Sequence record: PX969468.1
Strand: one strand, 5' to 3'
Origin: a phage
DNA: 64,000 nucleotides
The notes beneath the pieces are model-generated. The model ran no database searches. It worked only from the letters and a program-made list of their open reading frames with translations, and was not told the DNA's origin. Position numbers and translations under genes: made by a program. Of this stretch, positions 17,255 through 27,105 are shown in pieces (position 1 is the first letter of the stretch; each line of letters starts with the position of its first letter).

Positions 17255-18415
17255 TTATTTATTAGCAAATTTCTTCAAATGTTCTTCTACTAGCTCGAAT
17301 ACCTCCGGTCTGTAGTAGAAGAACTCTCGACAGCCATCAAACTTCTCTGTGAAGTTGATTTTGTATTGGCTCAAGGCTTGGTGCATAGCTTTTTCTAAAG
17401 TTTGCATGTCGTCTGTTGTTCCTTCCCAAGTTTTTATAACATGTAGATCAGAGAATCTAGCACCAGCTTTTTTAGCTCTTTTTAACACATCTTTTCTTCG
17501 TTCATCTACCCGGACACTCACACCAATTTTCATCATAGTTGGTACTTCCAGATCGTCAACCATGATATAAAGGCTACCATGTTCATGAGATAAGAAGCCG
17601 ACTTTAGCACATTTTTGACAGCCAGCTTTTTGGTTGATGTGGACAAACGGTTTTTGTGTGAACTCCCCGTGAATCGGACAGATGATAGTGACCTCTGTCT
17701 CCCTATTAACATATTCCACCCCGGAATAATCGTATTTATCTTTATGGATAGCTCTGGCTCTTGCCTCAAACCTTTTAGCCACCTCAGATGCTTTCTTTCT
17801 CTGCGTCTTCCTACTAACCTCGGCCACCTTCTTCTTCCCGCACTCGGGGCAACCTTTTCCACTTGGTGCATGGTCATGAGGTCTTTGTGGGAAGTGAGCA
17901 CCACATGTATTACAGATTATCTCCACTTTATCATTACCGGTTTTATAATTTACAAGAGAGTAATCATACTTATCGCCATGAAGCGCTTTTGCCTCAGCGA
18001 TCCACTCTTCAGTAGTCTTTCTCTCAGTTCCTCCACACTTACGGCAACCCCCCTCGCGGAGATGGTTATCAGGCTTTTGCTCAAACTCGCCGTGAACAGG
18101 ACAAACAATCACAACTTTAGTTTTAGCATTTACATACTCTACCTTAGAGTAATCATATTTATAATTATACTTAGCCTCGGCCTCCGCTTTAAATTTTTCA
18201 GCAGAAGCCGCTCTTTCTGCTTCAATCTGACATTTTGGGCAACCCTGTTTTTTACGGAGGTGATCTCCAAGAGTTTTCTTAAATTCTCCATGCTCAGGGC
18301 ATATAATTACAACCTTGGTGTGTGCACCCACATATTTGACTTTGGAATAATCATATTTATCACCATGAACTGCTTTCGCCCCCTCTATAAAATCTTCGGT
18401 TGTAAGTTTTCTCAC
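17255..18415 (-). CDS. repeat protein: four tandem ~60-aa zinc-ribbon-like modules plus C-terminal T5orf172/GIY-YIG-like domain (possible mobile endonuclease-like protein)
   Basis: Four repeats of YDYSKV.YV...TKVVIICPxHGEF...HL...GCxKC; C-terminus LYIM...MKIGVS...R...DLHVIK...REFF. Family assignment is from memory. Confidence 0.45.
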   Translation of the reverse strand: MRKLTTEDFIEGAKAVHGDKYDYSKVKYVGAHTKVVIICPEHGEFKKTLGDHLRKKQGCPKCQIEAERAASAEKFKAEAEAKYNYKYDYSKVEYVNAKTKVVIVCPVHGEFEQKPDNHLREGGCRKCGGTERKTTEEWIAEAKALHGDKYDYSLVNYKTGNDKVEIICNTCGAHFPQRPHDHAPSGKGCPECGKKKVAEVSRKTQRKKASEVAKRFEARARAIHKDKYDYSGVEYVNRETEVTIICPIHGEFTQKPFVHINQKAGCQKCAKVGFLSHEHGSLYIMVDDLEVPTMMKIGVSVRVDERRKDVLKRAKKAGARFSDLHVIKTWEGTTDDMQTLEKAMHQALSQYKINFTEKFDGCREFFYYRPEVFELVEEHLKKFANK

Positions 18416-18481
18416 TGCTGAATCCTCTTAGTTCTCGTCTTTGAACTAAGGGTGCCACATCCTTGTGGCTTTTGTCAAGTA

Positions 18482-19744
18482 TCAGCAACCACAACTTCCG
18501 TAGTGCTTAACTCGCTCGATAACTTCCGCTTGCTTACCTTTATTGTAAGGACGGGAGTTAGGACTGGAAAGGTATCCAGATACACGCCTGATCACACTGA
18601 TCGTACCTTCCTCATGGTTTCCACAACAAGGGCATATAAAACCTCTTGGAGAGGCTTTAAATTCTCCCTGGAAACCGCACTTGAAGCATTGGTCAACAGG
18701 CTGGTTTATACCGAAGTACATAATGTGTTTATACCCGAAGTCAACAAGAGCCTCTAAAGCATCCAGGTTGTTTTTCAGGTTAGGTGTTTCTACGTATCCG
18801 ATGTTGCCACCAGAGGAGATCATAGCAAAACCTTCCTCATACTCCCACTTATCAAAAGGAGAGCTATTTATCCATACTGGCTGATGGAAACTGTTGGTGA
18901 GATATTCATGCTCGTGCTTCAACACTTCCGGATATTCACGATCCAGACAGGTTGCAGCTTTATAGCATAGACTCTCAGAAGGAGTGCCGTACAAGCTAAA
19001 TGCTAGTCTACTTTCCTTCTTGTATCGCTCACAAGCATCTCTCATGTGCTGAAGGATTTCAAGAGCTAAAGCCTTGTCACCCTCTCTACCCAAAATCTGA
19101 CAGGTTTCATACACACCGATATACCCAATACTGATGGAAGCGTACCCGTCATAGAAGAGTTTATCAATACTCTCTTCAGGATCCAGGCGAGCAAGAGCGC
19201 CTTCACACCACATGATGGGGTTCTGCCCTGCCTTTGTTCCTTTTAGACGATTAACCCTTACAAGGTGAGCCTCGTATGCAAGATCCAAGTATTCGTCAAG
19301 AACTGCAAAGAAATCAACACCTTCCGTCTTGGCTTTTGCCGCAATCATTGGCAGGTTAAGGCTAACAACACCTAAGTTAAATCTACCAAGGTATTTCTCC
19401 TCGCCTGTTTCCAAGTCATTGTATTTGCTAAGAAAACTCCGGCAACCCATGCTCGTTACTTTGCCATCTGTCGAGCCTGTCACTTTTCTATTTAGTGGTA
19501 CAGATACGAAGTCAGGGTAGATACGTTCTGCACAGCATTCCAGAGCTAATCGTTTCAAATCATAGTTAGGATCCCCAGGGTTCATGTTGACACCCTCTTC
19601 CAGGAAGAACAGCACTTTAGGGAACACAGGTGTGATACGTTCTTCACCAAGACCCATTTTGTGGACTTTCAAGTAGTTTTTGGTAATCATTCTACCAAAG
19701 ACCGAGGTATCCAGTCCTAAACTTAATGTGATGAATGGAGTCTG
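18482..19744 (-). CDS. nrdD: anaerobic ribonucleoside-triphosphate reductase, exon 2
   Basis: In-frame extension upstream of the track ATG reads QTPFITLSLGLDTSVFGRM..., continuing T4 NrdD-like sequence; glycyl-radical motif RVSGYL and CxxC pairs at the C-terminus. Confidence 0.7.
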   Translation of the reverse strand, partial: QTPFITLSLGLDTSVFGRMITKNYLKVHKMGLGEERITPVFPKVLFFLEEGVNMNPGDPNYDLKRLALECCAERIYPDFVSVPLNRKVTGSTDGKVTSMGCRSFLSKYNDLETGEEKYLGRFNLGVVSLNLPMIAAKAKTEGVDFFAVLDEYLDLAYEAHLVRVNRLKGTKAGQNPIMWCEGALARLDPEESIDKLFYDGYASISIGYIGVYETCQILGREGDKALALEILQHMRDACERYKKESRLAFSLYGTPSESLCYKAATCLDREYPEVLKHEHEYLTNSFHQPVWINSSPFDKWEYEEGFAMISSGGNIGYVETPNLKNNLDALEALVDFGYKHIMYFGINQPVDQCFKCGFQGEFKASPRGFICPCCGNHEEGTISVIRRVSGYLSSPNSRPYNKGKQAEVIERVKHYGSCGC

Positions 19745-20541
19745 CTGTCTCCTCTCTGTGTTTCCACAGGGCCAGACTATCTCTTACTCTACTTCAATAA
19801 GATAATAACCCTTTATTGTGAGATGCTTACCTTCGGCATTTCCTTCGATAGCCCTATGAACGTTACCTACGTTCAAATTTAAGGCTTTTGCACAGGCATA
19901 AAGTGAAGGATATTCACCCACCAAGGTTTTCCCTTTATATGCCTGCACTTTCCTATAGCACTTACCTGGACAAAGTCCTGTTCGGAAAGCATGTCTCTTA
20001 TTATCTTCCGGCAAAACCCACTCTAGGTTAGACGGATGATCATTCAATGTATTGCCATCTTTATGATTCACTTCCCAGTTTTCAGGATCTTCTGGGACAT
20101 CTGGCAAACAATACAAGGCAACAATCCTTGAGGTTTGGATTCGAATCTTTTTACCTTTGTGGTTGAAAGAGTACATATAACGGCGTTTAACATGCTTGTT
20201 ACCTTTTCCATAACCTCCCCACAATATTGGGTGTAGCATTCCACGTTTTCCGTATACGTTTCCAACCTCATCAATCACATAGTTTGATTCTTCACCATTA
20301 AGAATGATCTTTTTCATAGAGCCTCTCCATTTCGAAGTTAGTATTTCAACTAACCCCTACACTACTTGGTTCAGAAATGTTTGTCAAGCATCTCTGCCTT
20401 TCGTTAGTCGTTACAACCGTTCCAACTCCTGTAAGAACTAGTCACGGGATTGGCATAGCTTTCGCCTTAGCGTTCCCCGTTAGCCGGATTTACCGACCCC
20501 TCTTATGAGGTTAGGAGAGTTTTACAACGGCCAGTTTGTTA
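19745..20541 (-). mobile_element. putative group I intron interrupting nrdD (about 797 nt) carrying an HNH endonuclease ORF
   Basis: Exon 1 ends ...TSVNG on a U; exon 2 resumes at QTPF after a G; the interval holds 224 nt non-coding, an HNH ORF, and 39 nt. T4 nrdD is known to carry a group I intron. Confidence 0.65.
19784..20317 (-). CDS. HNH homing endonuclease (intron-encoded)
   Basis: HNH motif VNHKDGNTLNDHPSNLEWVLPEDNKRHA. Confidence 0.65.
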   Translation of the reverse strand: MKKIILNGEESNYVIDEVGNVYGKRGMLHPILWGGYGKGNKHVKRRYMYSFNHKGKKIRIQTSRIVALYCLPDVPEDPENWEVNHKDGNTLNDHPSNLEWVLPEDNKRHAFRTGLCPGKCYRKVQAYKGKTLVGEYPSLYACAKALNLNVGNVHRAIEGNAEGKHLTIKGYYLIEVE

Positions 20542-21402
20542 ACCGTTGACAGAAGTTAACGTATTGATTTGGTAGAGCAAAGTCTGCATACTATCAAACA
20601 CGTCTTTATCTGTCATTTGCATTGCAACAGTCTCAGCATCTGGCAACCAATGTTCCTGACAAAATTTAAGGTTCTTCTCGTAGGTTGCTTCAGCATACTG
20701 TGCCAGATAATGATCAATATGGCTCATGGTCTGACCACCATATTGAGCACTAGCTACTGCACTAGAGATTTGGCTAAGGATTGTTGTTGCAACCCCTATT
20801 GACTTCGGCTTACTGACATGGGCGTTGCCAATGTTGAATCCGTTTTCCAGCATATCCGGATAATTTACCAAACAACAGTTTGTTAACGGACTGATCAGGT
20901 AGTCAAGATCATGCACATGGATGAAGCCTTTGTTGTGCTCTTCGGAGACACGGTCTGGCAGGATCTGTGTTGATGCAAGATGTTTGCTAAGGATGCCTGC
21001 AAGCAGGTCACGATGAGTATGAACATGATTAGTAGGCTTATTTGCGTTTTCTTTTGTAAATTCATCACAAGTTCGATCCAAGAAGCCACTAATATCTGCA
21101 AGCAGTTTTCCACCTGCCTCTCTGTTATTATCTCTTGTCTGTCTGTACTGGATGTATTCTCTGGCTGCACATTTTAAACCCATATCCATAAGAGCATCTT
21201 CAACAAGGATATGGATATTTTTTACAGAGATCGTGCACTGATCGGTTGGTAGATTGTTAGCAACAACTTCATTAACCGCACAGGCGATCCGGTAAGCTTC
21301 TTCTTCAGTATGTCCAGACTCAAGTAAGGCGGACTCTGCCGCCTTGATCACCTTAATTCCGTTATAGAACTCTTCTCTACCGTCCCGTTTTACAACTTTC
21401 AC
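20542..21402 (-). CDS. nrdD: anaerobic ribonucleoside-triphosphate reductase, exon 1
   Basis: ATP-cone N-terminus (KVVKRDGREEFYNGIKVIKA); ...KGFIHVHDLDY...GFNIGNAHVSKPKSIGVATTI... matches T4 NrdD from memory; ends at an in-frame stop inside the intron. Confidence 0.7.
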
Positions 21403-21677
21403 TTTTTCTCTCCAAAACCATTCTTAACAAAAGAGATGAAATCGTCGGCACCGCCTATATGGACACTGTCAAGATCGCTTTCTAAGAAGATCTGCGGCAA
21501 CGTTCTGGGGACGATTGGACTACACTTCTCAATAAGCTCTTCTTTTGTGTAGCCCTCGCCAAGTGTCTTATATACAAAAGGCAGACCTTTACTGACTGCA
21601 AATTCTTTTGCTCTTACACAATGTGGGCAGTTATCTTTACCGTAAATAATAAAGAAAAAAGATTTTTCACAGCTCAT
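21399..21677 (-). CDS. glutaredoxin/thioredoxin-like protein
   Basis: CPHC active-site motif after a beta-strand start (FFFIIYGKDNCPHC). Confidence 0.6.
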   Translation of the reverse strand: MSCEKSFFFIIYGKDNCPHCVRAKEFAVSKGLPFVYKTLGEGYTKEELIEKCSPIVPRTLPQIFLESDLDSVHIGGADDFISFVKNGFGEKK

Positions 21678-21680
21678 GTA

Positions 21681-22769
21681 TTAAAACTCCCAAATTTCTT
21701 CTTCAGCGTCATTAACAGTTGTGTTGACGCGGTAGTCAGTGTTCGACATTTCTTGGTTCGCCGTCTGTTGCAATGAAGGTTTCATCCACACCTGCATAAA
21801 CGGTAGAGGGTCCTTTGTTGGCGGCACAAAGTCTTTGTCGATGCCGTAGTAATCATAAATCGGTGAGCAGTTATAGTCAACCCATTCTTTAAGCAACGGT
21901 GAGTTAAGACCTATAATCGCTCTTCCTTCGCTGAAAATATAGTCACTCCAACCGTACTCTTTGGTTCGTACTTCATCAAGAATCTCTTTTAACTCCCCTT
22001 TTATCTCAAGGAAGCTTTTCTCCCATGCCGGATCATTAAGCAGGATATCAATGATGGCAAAATCACCTTTCGAATGTAGCATTTCGTCAAGCATGATTTT
22101 TTGAACAAGCTGCGCCACCTGAACAAAAATACCCTGTTCAGCTACTGCGAAAGTGCATGCAAAACTTGCAATAAACTCAATACTTTCCAGGGCTAAAAGT
22201 GCAAAAAGCGCTCTAAGAATGCATTTCCGCACAATATCTTCTTCAACACTAGAAGGATCCAGTCGGTATTTTGCACCAATAACCTCAAGCTCTTGCATGT
22301 ATTTGACAATAACGCCAGATCTGCTCAGAACGTTTTGGTTTTCCTGAATCTCTTCTATAATCTCACGGGCATTGGGGAGGCATTGTCTAACAATCTCTGA
22401 GTAAGTTAGTGCGTGAAGAACTTCAATCTCTGACTGTTTCATCAATAGAGTGAAAAGCTCACTATTAGTGATGAATGGTGAAAAGAGGCAGATGATCGAT
22501 CTTGCCGCAACGCTATCAGCCTCCCATTGCCACATCAAGGTCTGCACCATCACATCATAAGTTGACTTGGAGCATGTTACAAAATCTGAAATAGATTGCG
22601 ACAAATCCACTTCATCCTCTGCCCAGTCTTGTTCTTTTTGTTTTTTGTACAGTTCGAACAGTTGTGGATATTTTTTGTTGATAGAGTCGTACATACCCAT
22701 TTGCTGTCCCAGAAACAGCGGATAGTCACCAGTTTTATGAGCGGTGTTCTCAGCATTAAATACAGCCAT
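21681..22769 (-). CDS. nrdB: ribonucleotide reductase class I small subunit
   Basis: Ferritin-like iron-ligand pattern and R2 length; start moved to the ATG (MAVFNAEN...) with an AGAGGT RBS. Confidence 0.7.
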   Translation of the reverse strand: MAVFNAENTAHKTGDYPLFLGQQMGMYDSINKKYPQLFELYKKQKEQDWAEDEVDLSQSISDFVTCSKSTYDVMVQTLMWQWEADSVAARSIICLFSPFITNSELFTLLMKQSEIEVLHALTYSEIVRQCLPNAREIIEEIQENQNVLSRSGVIVKYMQELEVIGAKYRLDPSSVEEDIVRKCILRALFALLALESIEFIASFACTFAVAEQGIFVQVAQLVQKIMLDEMLHSKGDFAIIDILLNDPAWEKSFLEIKGELKEILDEVRTKEYGWSDYIFSEGRAIIGLNSPLLKEWVDYNCSPIYDYYGIDKDFVPPTKDPLPFMQVWMKPSLQQTANQEMSNTDYRVNTTVNDAEEEIWEF

Positions 22770-22807
22770 TATTCTACCTCTAAAATGGGGCCGAAGCCCC
22801 TTTAAAA

Positions 22808-25123
22808 TTATAGTGCACAGCTTTCGCAATACGGATCTTCAACTGAACTATCTGCAATCAAAGGGTAGTTCTTTCTGGTTTCATCTTCAGCCTGTTTCTT
22901 GGCATGAAGTTCCTCTGCCAAGGAGTCACCAGCACCAACCCTAGAGTTTAAATAATACCATGTCTTCATCCCGAATTTAGTGGCACGGATAAGGTACCCT
23001 AGCTGCTCCTTCATTGAAATTTTACCATCTTTCAACTTGGTGTAGTCTATGTATAAATCCGCGCTGATTGCCTGACCTGTGAATTTTTGAATCACAGCAT
23101 ACATATCGATCATGTCGTTAGTATCAACGTCCCAAGCCGAAGTGTAATACTCTTTCAACTCATCATAGTCAGGAACGATAAACAGCACCTGCCCTTGTGG
23201 CGACTTTTTAAAGATAATGTGCTCACGGACAGGATAAACCCCGTTAGTGGTGTTTGTTGCCAGCGAAGAGCTTTCATTAGGCATATATGCTTCAAGAACG
23301 CTATTACGTAGCCCACCATTTTCAATGATTTCTTTACGTAACCCTTCCCAATCCTGTTTAAGAGAAGGATCTTTCACCACGCTATCGACCTCTTTGTTAT
23401 AGGTGTCGATTGGTAACCAACCTTCTGGATATTTTGTTTTATGCATCCACTCGCAGACACCACGCTCTTTTGCCAACCGTAAACTTGCCTTATGCAAGCT
23501 GTAGCTGTGAAGTTCTGCAAGATCGTGAACAAGCTGTTTACTTTCAGGAGATCCGTAAGTAATCTTGTGGCTGGCAATAAAATGTGCAACGTTGGTAAGG
23601 CCAACCCCGATGGATCTGCGTTTTTTAACAGTGCTCTCCATATTTTCATACGGATATGTCATGATTTCCATAACATTGTCAATCATAAGCACCGTGTAGT
23701 ATGCAACATCCTCATACTCTTCTGGAGTAACCCTTCCAGCTACAAGGGATGACAGGAAGCACAATGCAACTTCGCCGTCATCAACATCGTGCTTGAAGAT
23801 ATTACGCATATCTGAATAGCCTTTTGTCGGGAGGGCTATTTCTGCACACAGGTTACTTGAATAGATCACATCTTTAAAAGGTGTATGTCTATTCATCTCG
23901 TCTGTCCAGTATACGTACAGCCTTCCAACCTCAGTACGCTGCGTGATCAGCTCAACAGCAAGATCTCTAGCTCGGATCCATGTTTTAGGAATACTATCAT
24001 CTTTAGCTATACGATCAACCTCTGCATCAAACTCCTCCATAGACATGGTGAAGATACCTTCATGCAGTTGAGGCGCGTGCTTATAAGAAACAAGCATCCA
24101 ATCTAAATTCTTAGCCACACGGTTGATAAACGACCTATTAATACCTATAGAGTAGTCCATGGTGTTGATTCTTTTTGAAGCAACAGTCATAGGGTTTCTC
24201 AAACGGATTAGCTCATCAATCTGCGGGTCTAGTGCAAGAAATGATACTGTTGCAGAACCGCCACGTGATTGTTGTCTGTTCTCCTTAACCCCAGCATCAA
24301 TACCTCGATAATATGGAATCTTACCCATGTGTTTAATAGTGTTACCACGAACACCATCGCCTGCAGATCTTGATGATAAATAGTAGCCGATACCTGCTTG
24401 GTTAACCGTCATTGTGTACGCAACTTCACGTGCCACACCAATAGATTTTGCTGTATCGTCAGCTTTTATTACACAACAAGATGCATACCCTGTCTTACCT
24501 GTGCGCAGCCCGTTTAAGTACGGTGTCGGGGCATTGATCTTTAAGTCGGACAGATAAGTGTATAATTTTACAACATCGTTGATACGACGTTCTTTCGGCA
24601 TATTCTTCATGACAGCCATTGCTATCCCCATAAACATCATCTGGGGAGATTCAAACAAGGTGTCTTTAAGAGTATCCTTGATCCCGTATTTGTCGCGAAA
24701 CTGTTTAAGGACTGCATAGCCATAACCGAGATCTTTACTGTGGTCAATAACAGCGTCTAAAGTGTTTAGCTCGGTAAAGCTATAGCCCATATCCTCCCAA
24801 TACCCTTTCTCAACCATGGTATTGTAAAATGATGGTAAGGAAGGGATCTTTGTAAACCCTCCAAAAGCCTCTTTATAAATCTGACCAATAAGAACACGAC
24901 CAGCCATACGGGAATGTGCTTCGTCTTTACGGCTAACACAGGAGTCTATGATAGCTTGGTTAACTTCTTTGGTTGTACATCCATCATACAGTCGTTTGTA
25001 TGCATCCAGTGCAATGTGTGACCAATTGCCGTTACCGTCGTCACCGAAAATAGCTGCCTTATTTAAACGTTCTGGATCGAATGCCACTTCACATCCGTTG
25101 CTTTTAATTACCTTGGTGATCAA
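22808..25123 (-). CDS. nrdA: ribonucleotide reductase class I large subunit
   Basis: 771 aa; N-terminal ATP-cone; C-terminal Cys pair (YCESCAL); immediately upstream of nrdB. Confidence 0.8.
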   Translation of the reverse strand: MITKVIKSNGCEVAFDPERLNKAAIFGDDGNGNWSHIALDAYKRLYDGCTTKEVNQAIIDSCVSRKDEAHSRMAGRVLIGQIYKEAFGGFTKIPSLPSFYNTMVEKGYWEDMGYSFTELNTLDAVIDHSKDLGYGYAVLKQFRDKYGIKDTLKDTLFESPQMMFMGIAMAVMKNMPKERRINDVVKLYTYLSDLKINAPTPYLNGLRTGKTGYASCCVIKADDTAKSIGVAREVAYTMTVNQAGIGYYLSSRSAGDGVRGNTIKHMGKIPYYRGIDAGVKENRQQSRGGSATVSFLALDPQIDELIRLRNPMTVASKRINTMDYSIGINRSFINRVAKNLDWMLVSYKHAPQLHEGIFTMSMEEFDAEVDRIAKDDSIPKTWIRARDLAVELITQRTEVGRLYVYWTDEMNRHTPFKDVIYSSNLCAEIALPTKGYSDMRNIFKHDVDDGEVALCFLSSLVAGRVTPEEYEDVAYYTVLMIDNVMEIMTYPYENMESTVKKRRSIGVGLTNVAHFIASHKITYGSPESKQLVHDLAELHSYSLHKASLRLAKERGVCEWMHKTKYPEGWLPIDTYNKEVDSVVKDPSLKQDWEGLRKEIIENGGLRNSVLEAYMPNESSSLATNTTNGVYPVREHIIFKKSPQGQVLFIVPDYDELKEYYTSAWDVDTNDMIDMYAVIQKFTGQAISADLYIDYTKLKDGKISMKEQLGYLIRATKFGMKTWYYLNSRVGAGDSLAEELHAKKQAEDETRKNYPLIADSSVEDPYCESCAL

Positions 25124-25350
25124 TTTGCTTCCTCCACTTCACTAACGTATTTATCAAGGCAGGTATCAGTATCTTGCTGGATAAAAGTATCCTCTTCTAC
25201 AGAGATATTTATAATTTTACCTGTATACTCGTCATAATAGACATCATCATACATTTTAATATCGTTTGTCAGGCCATTGAACCAAAGCCAACCAACATAC
25301 TCTGCCCGACTTGCAAAACCAAGATCCTTCCACTTGGAGTTATGACTCAT
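25120..25350 (-). CDS. hypothetical protein
   Basis: Start moved to MSHNSKWK..., preceded by AAGGTGGTG. Confidence 0.45.
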   Translation of the reverse strand: MSHNSKWKDLGFASRAEYVGWLWFNGLTNDIKMYDDVYYDEYTGKIINISVEEDTFIQQDTDTCLDKYVSEVEEAN

Positions 25351-25360
25351 CTTCACCACC

Positions 25361-25822
25361 TTAGCTTTCAATACCGAATAATTTTTCCAGGCGATGCAGA
25401 TCTTCAAAATTGAAAGGTTCATCAACAATATGAATATCTTCAGCCTTTTCAGATTGTTTTGTATACTTTCTTACATTAACACGATCCTCTACAGGGATAT
25501 CATACGGAAGATCTTGAACAAGCATTGCCTCACCGGGTGCTTTATCTACATCTAAAATATCTACACCGTTATACATTTGCGGGTATCTAAAGTCTGCACG
25601 CATGACACCAGCAAATACATCTGCCTTTCGATAATGTGTTGGCTTATTTTTGCATCGAACATTTTTTCCACGAAGAACATCAATACTTTTTAAATCAAAA
25701 CCTACGGCAAAGAGTGCAGCTCGGAGACCGTTTCGTGTGCGAACGTTAAACCCGGGAACGGTAGATAGGAAATCCAAAGTAACTGAAATAAATGTCTTTT
25801 TAGGAATCATAACATTACTCAT
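25361..25822 (-). CDS. hypothetical protein
   Basis: Start moved to MSNVMIPKK... (GGAGA RBS) because the track ATG lies inside the -10 element of promoter 25863..25891. Confidence 0.45.
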   Translation of the reverse strand: MSNVMIPKKTFISVTLDFLSTVPGFNVRTRNGLRAALFAVGFDLKSIDVLRGKNVRCKNKPTHYRKADVFAGVMRADFRYPQMYNGVDILDVDKAPGEAMLVQDLPYDIPVEDRVNVRKYTKQSEKAEDIHIVDEPFNFEDLHRLEKLFGIES

Positions 25823-25862
25823 ATCTGTCTCCATTTCTGGCTCACTAACAAAGTGAGCCATT

Positions 25863-25891
25863 ATTATAGATTATCTAATACTATTAGTCAA
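25863..25891 (-). promoter_or_regulatory. sigma70 consensus promoter (TTGACT-17-TATAAT)
   Basis: Perfect -10 and near-perfect -35 at 17-bp spacing on the minus strand, between thyX and the downstream gene. Confidence 0.55.
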
Positions 25892-25920
25892 CACAAAAGT
25901 TACCTATCGCTGTGATAGGA

Positions 25921-26904
25921 TTAACCTTTCACGAAGTGGTTATTAAGCAGCTGTCTGTGCTGAACCCACCCACAAAAGTTGGCAGACCAGAATTTACCAT
26001 CACGGTCTTGATGGGTTACACCTTCCTGCCAAGTACTAATGTCTTGTGTGATTTCACATGAAGACAGGTAGTAGTTTAAACGTTCCATTGCGTTATCATG
26101 ATCCATAGGTGTTGCCTGGTGTTCGTAAGGGCTTGCATGAATACGATCCCCACCAATCAACTTTTTAGCCACACTGTCTGCCTTTTCAAACGTACTGTCA
26201 ATATTTCGATAAGATACTTGTGCACAGCAACTAGCACTAATAGACAGAGCTTCTTTAGTATCAAGAATGCAGAGCTTTCCTTCTGTGTCACGTACAGCGT
26301 AGTTAAACTCTCCGTCCAAATAAACGTGCTCTACGTATGGAGTGTGCCATTGACCTGGTTTAAGGATTTCAGGAGTGCTATTCACAAGAGCTTCCCACAT
26401 ACAATTAGCCAACATCTGAATCGTAGGATCCGCATCGTGCCAGCAACGGAGATGGAAAAAATTATTCCACTCTGTGCTTGTTACAACTGTTTTCATGCGC
26501 TGAAACGGCTCCACTAAGCGGTTACATACTTGTTTATGGTAACCAGCAAGGGCGAACTTCTCTGCATGCCAAGCGGCGTTTTTTGCAGCTTCTTTCCAAA
26601 ACTCTTCAGGGGTTAGCTCCATGTCAGTGTACTCTACACGGATCTTTTGATCGTGTTCCCCACCATCTTCCATCCCTCGCTTATTTACACCGAAGCGAAC
26701 TGGCATTGCCGGATTCTCCACAATCTGTTGCAGCATCTTGCCGACAGGCACTGCACGGGAAGACATGGCGTTTCGGCTGAACACTCGGTGCGTCATAAGC
26801 TCTGAGTGAATAATTCGAGGATACTCTAGTTCAAAAGTGGTGATACGCTTACCTTTCTCGGAAATGCTGTCAGCAATGATCTTTGCAGTGCACAGTTTTA
26901 GCAT
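25921..26904 (-). CDS. thyX: flavin-dependent thymidylate synthase (ThyX-like)
   Basis: THRVFSRNAMSSRAV resembles the ThyX RHRxxxxxxxSxR signature; nucleotide-metabolism context. Confidence 0.5.
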   Translation of the reverse strand: MLKLCTAKIIADSISEKGKRITTFELEYPRIIHSELMTHRVFSRNAMSSRAVPVGKMLQQIVENPAMPVRFGVNKRGMEDGGEHDQKIRVEYTDMELTPEEFWKEAAKNAAWHAEKFALAGYHKQVCNRLVEPFQRMKTVVTSTEWNNFFHLRCWHDADPTIQMLANCMWEALVNSTPEILKPGQWHTPYVEHVYLDGEFNYAVRDTEGKLCILDTKEALSISASCCAQVSYRNIDSTFEKADSVAKKLIGGDRIHASPYEHQATPMDHDNAMERLNYYLSSCEITQDISTWQEGVTHQDRDGKFWSANFCGWVQHRQLLNNHFVKG

Positions 26905-27104
26905 TATTTAGCTCTCCTTGTTTTAATTTTGGAAATTTCGTCTGGGTTTATGTTAGCCTTAAATGCAAGGTATCTGTTGAACATATCGGAGCACATGTCT
27001 TGGGTGATCCTGGAGGCATACACCAGCTTACCTCCCAGATCATACACCTCTAGCCAGTCACCGTATCTGACTACAGGATCGCCACCTTTAGAACATCTGC
27101 CCAT
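26904..27104 (-). CDS. hypothetical protein
   Basis: Track ORF. Confidence 0.45.
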   Translation of the reverse strand: MGRCSKGGDPVVRYGDWLEVYDLGGKLVYASRITQDMCSDMFNRYLAFKANINPDEISKIKTRRAK

Positions 27105-27105
27105 T

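Noticed and set aside
17615-18421. 268-aa plus-strand ORF
   Set aside because: Antisense to the repeat-protein gene 17255..18415; low-complexity hydrophobic translation typical of an antisense frame.
20068-20274. 68-aa minus-strand ORF inside the intron endonuclease gene
   Set aside because: Alternative frame nested within the HNH ORF; no independent support.
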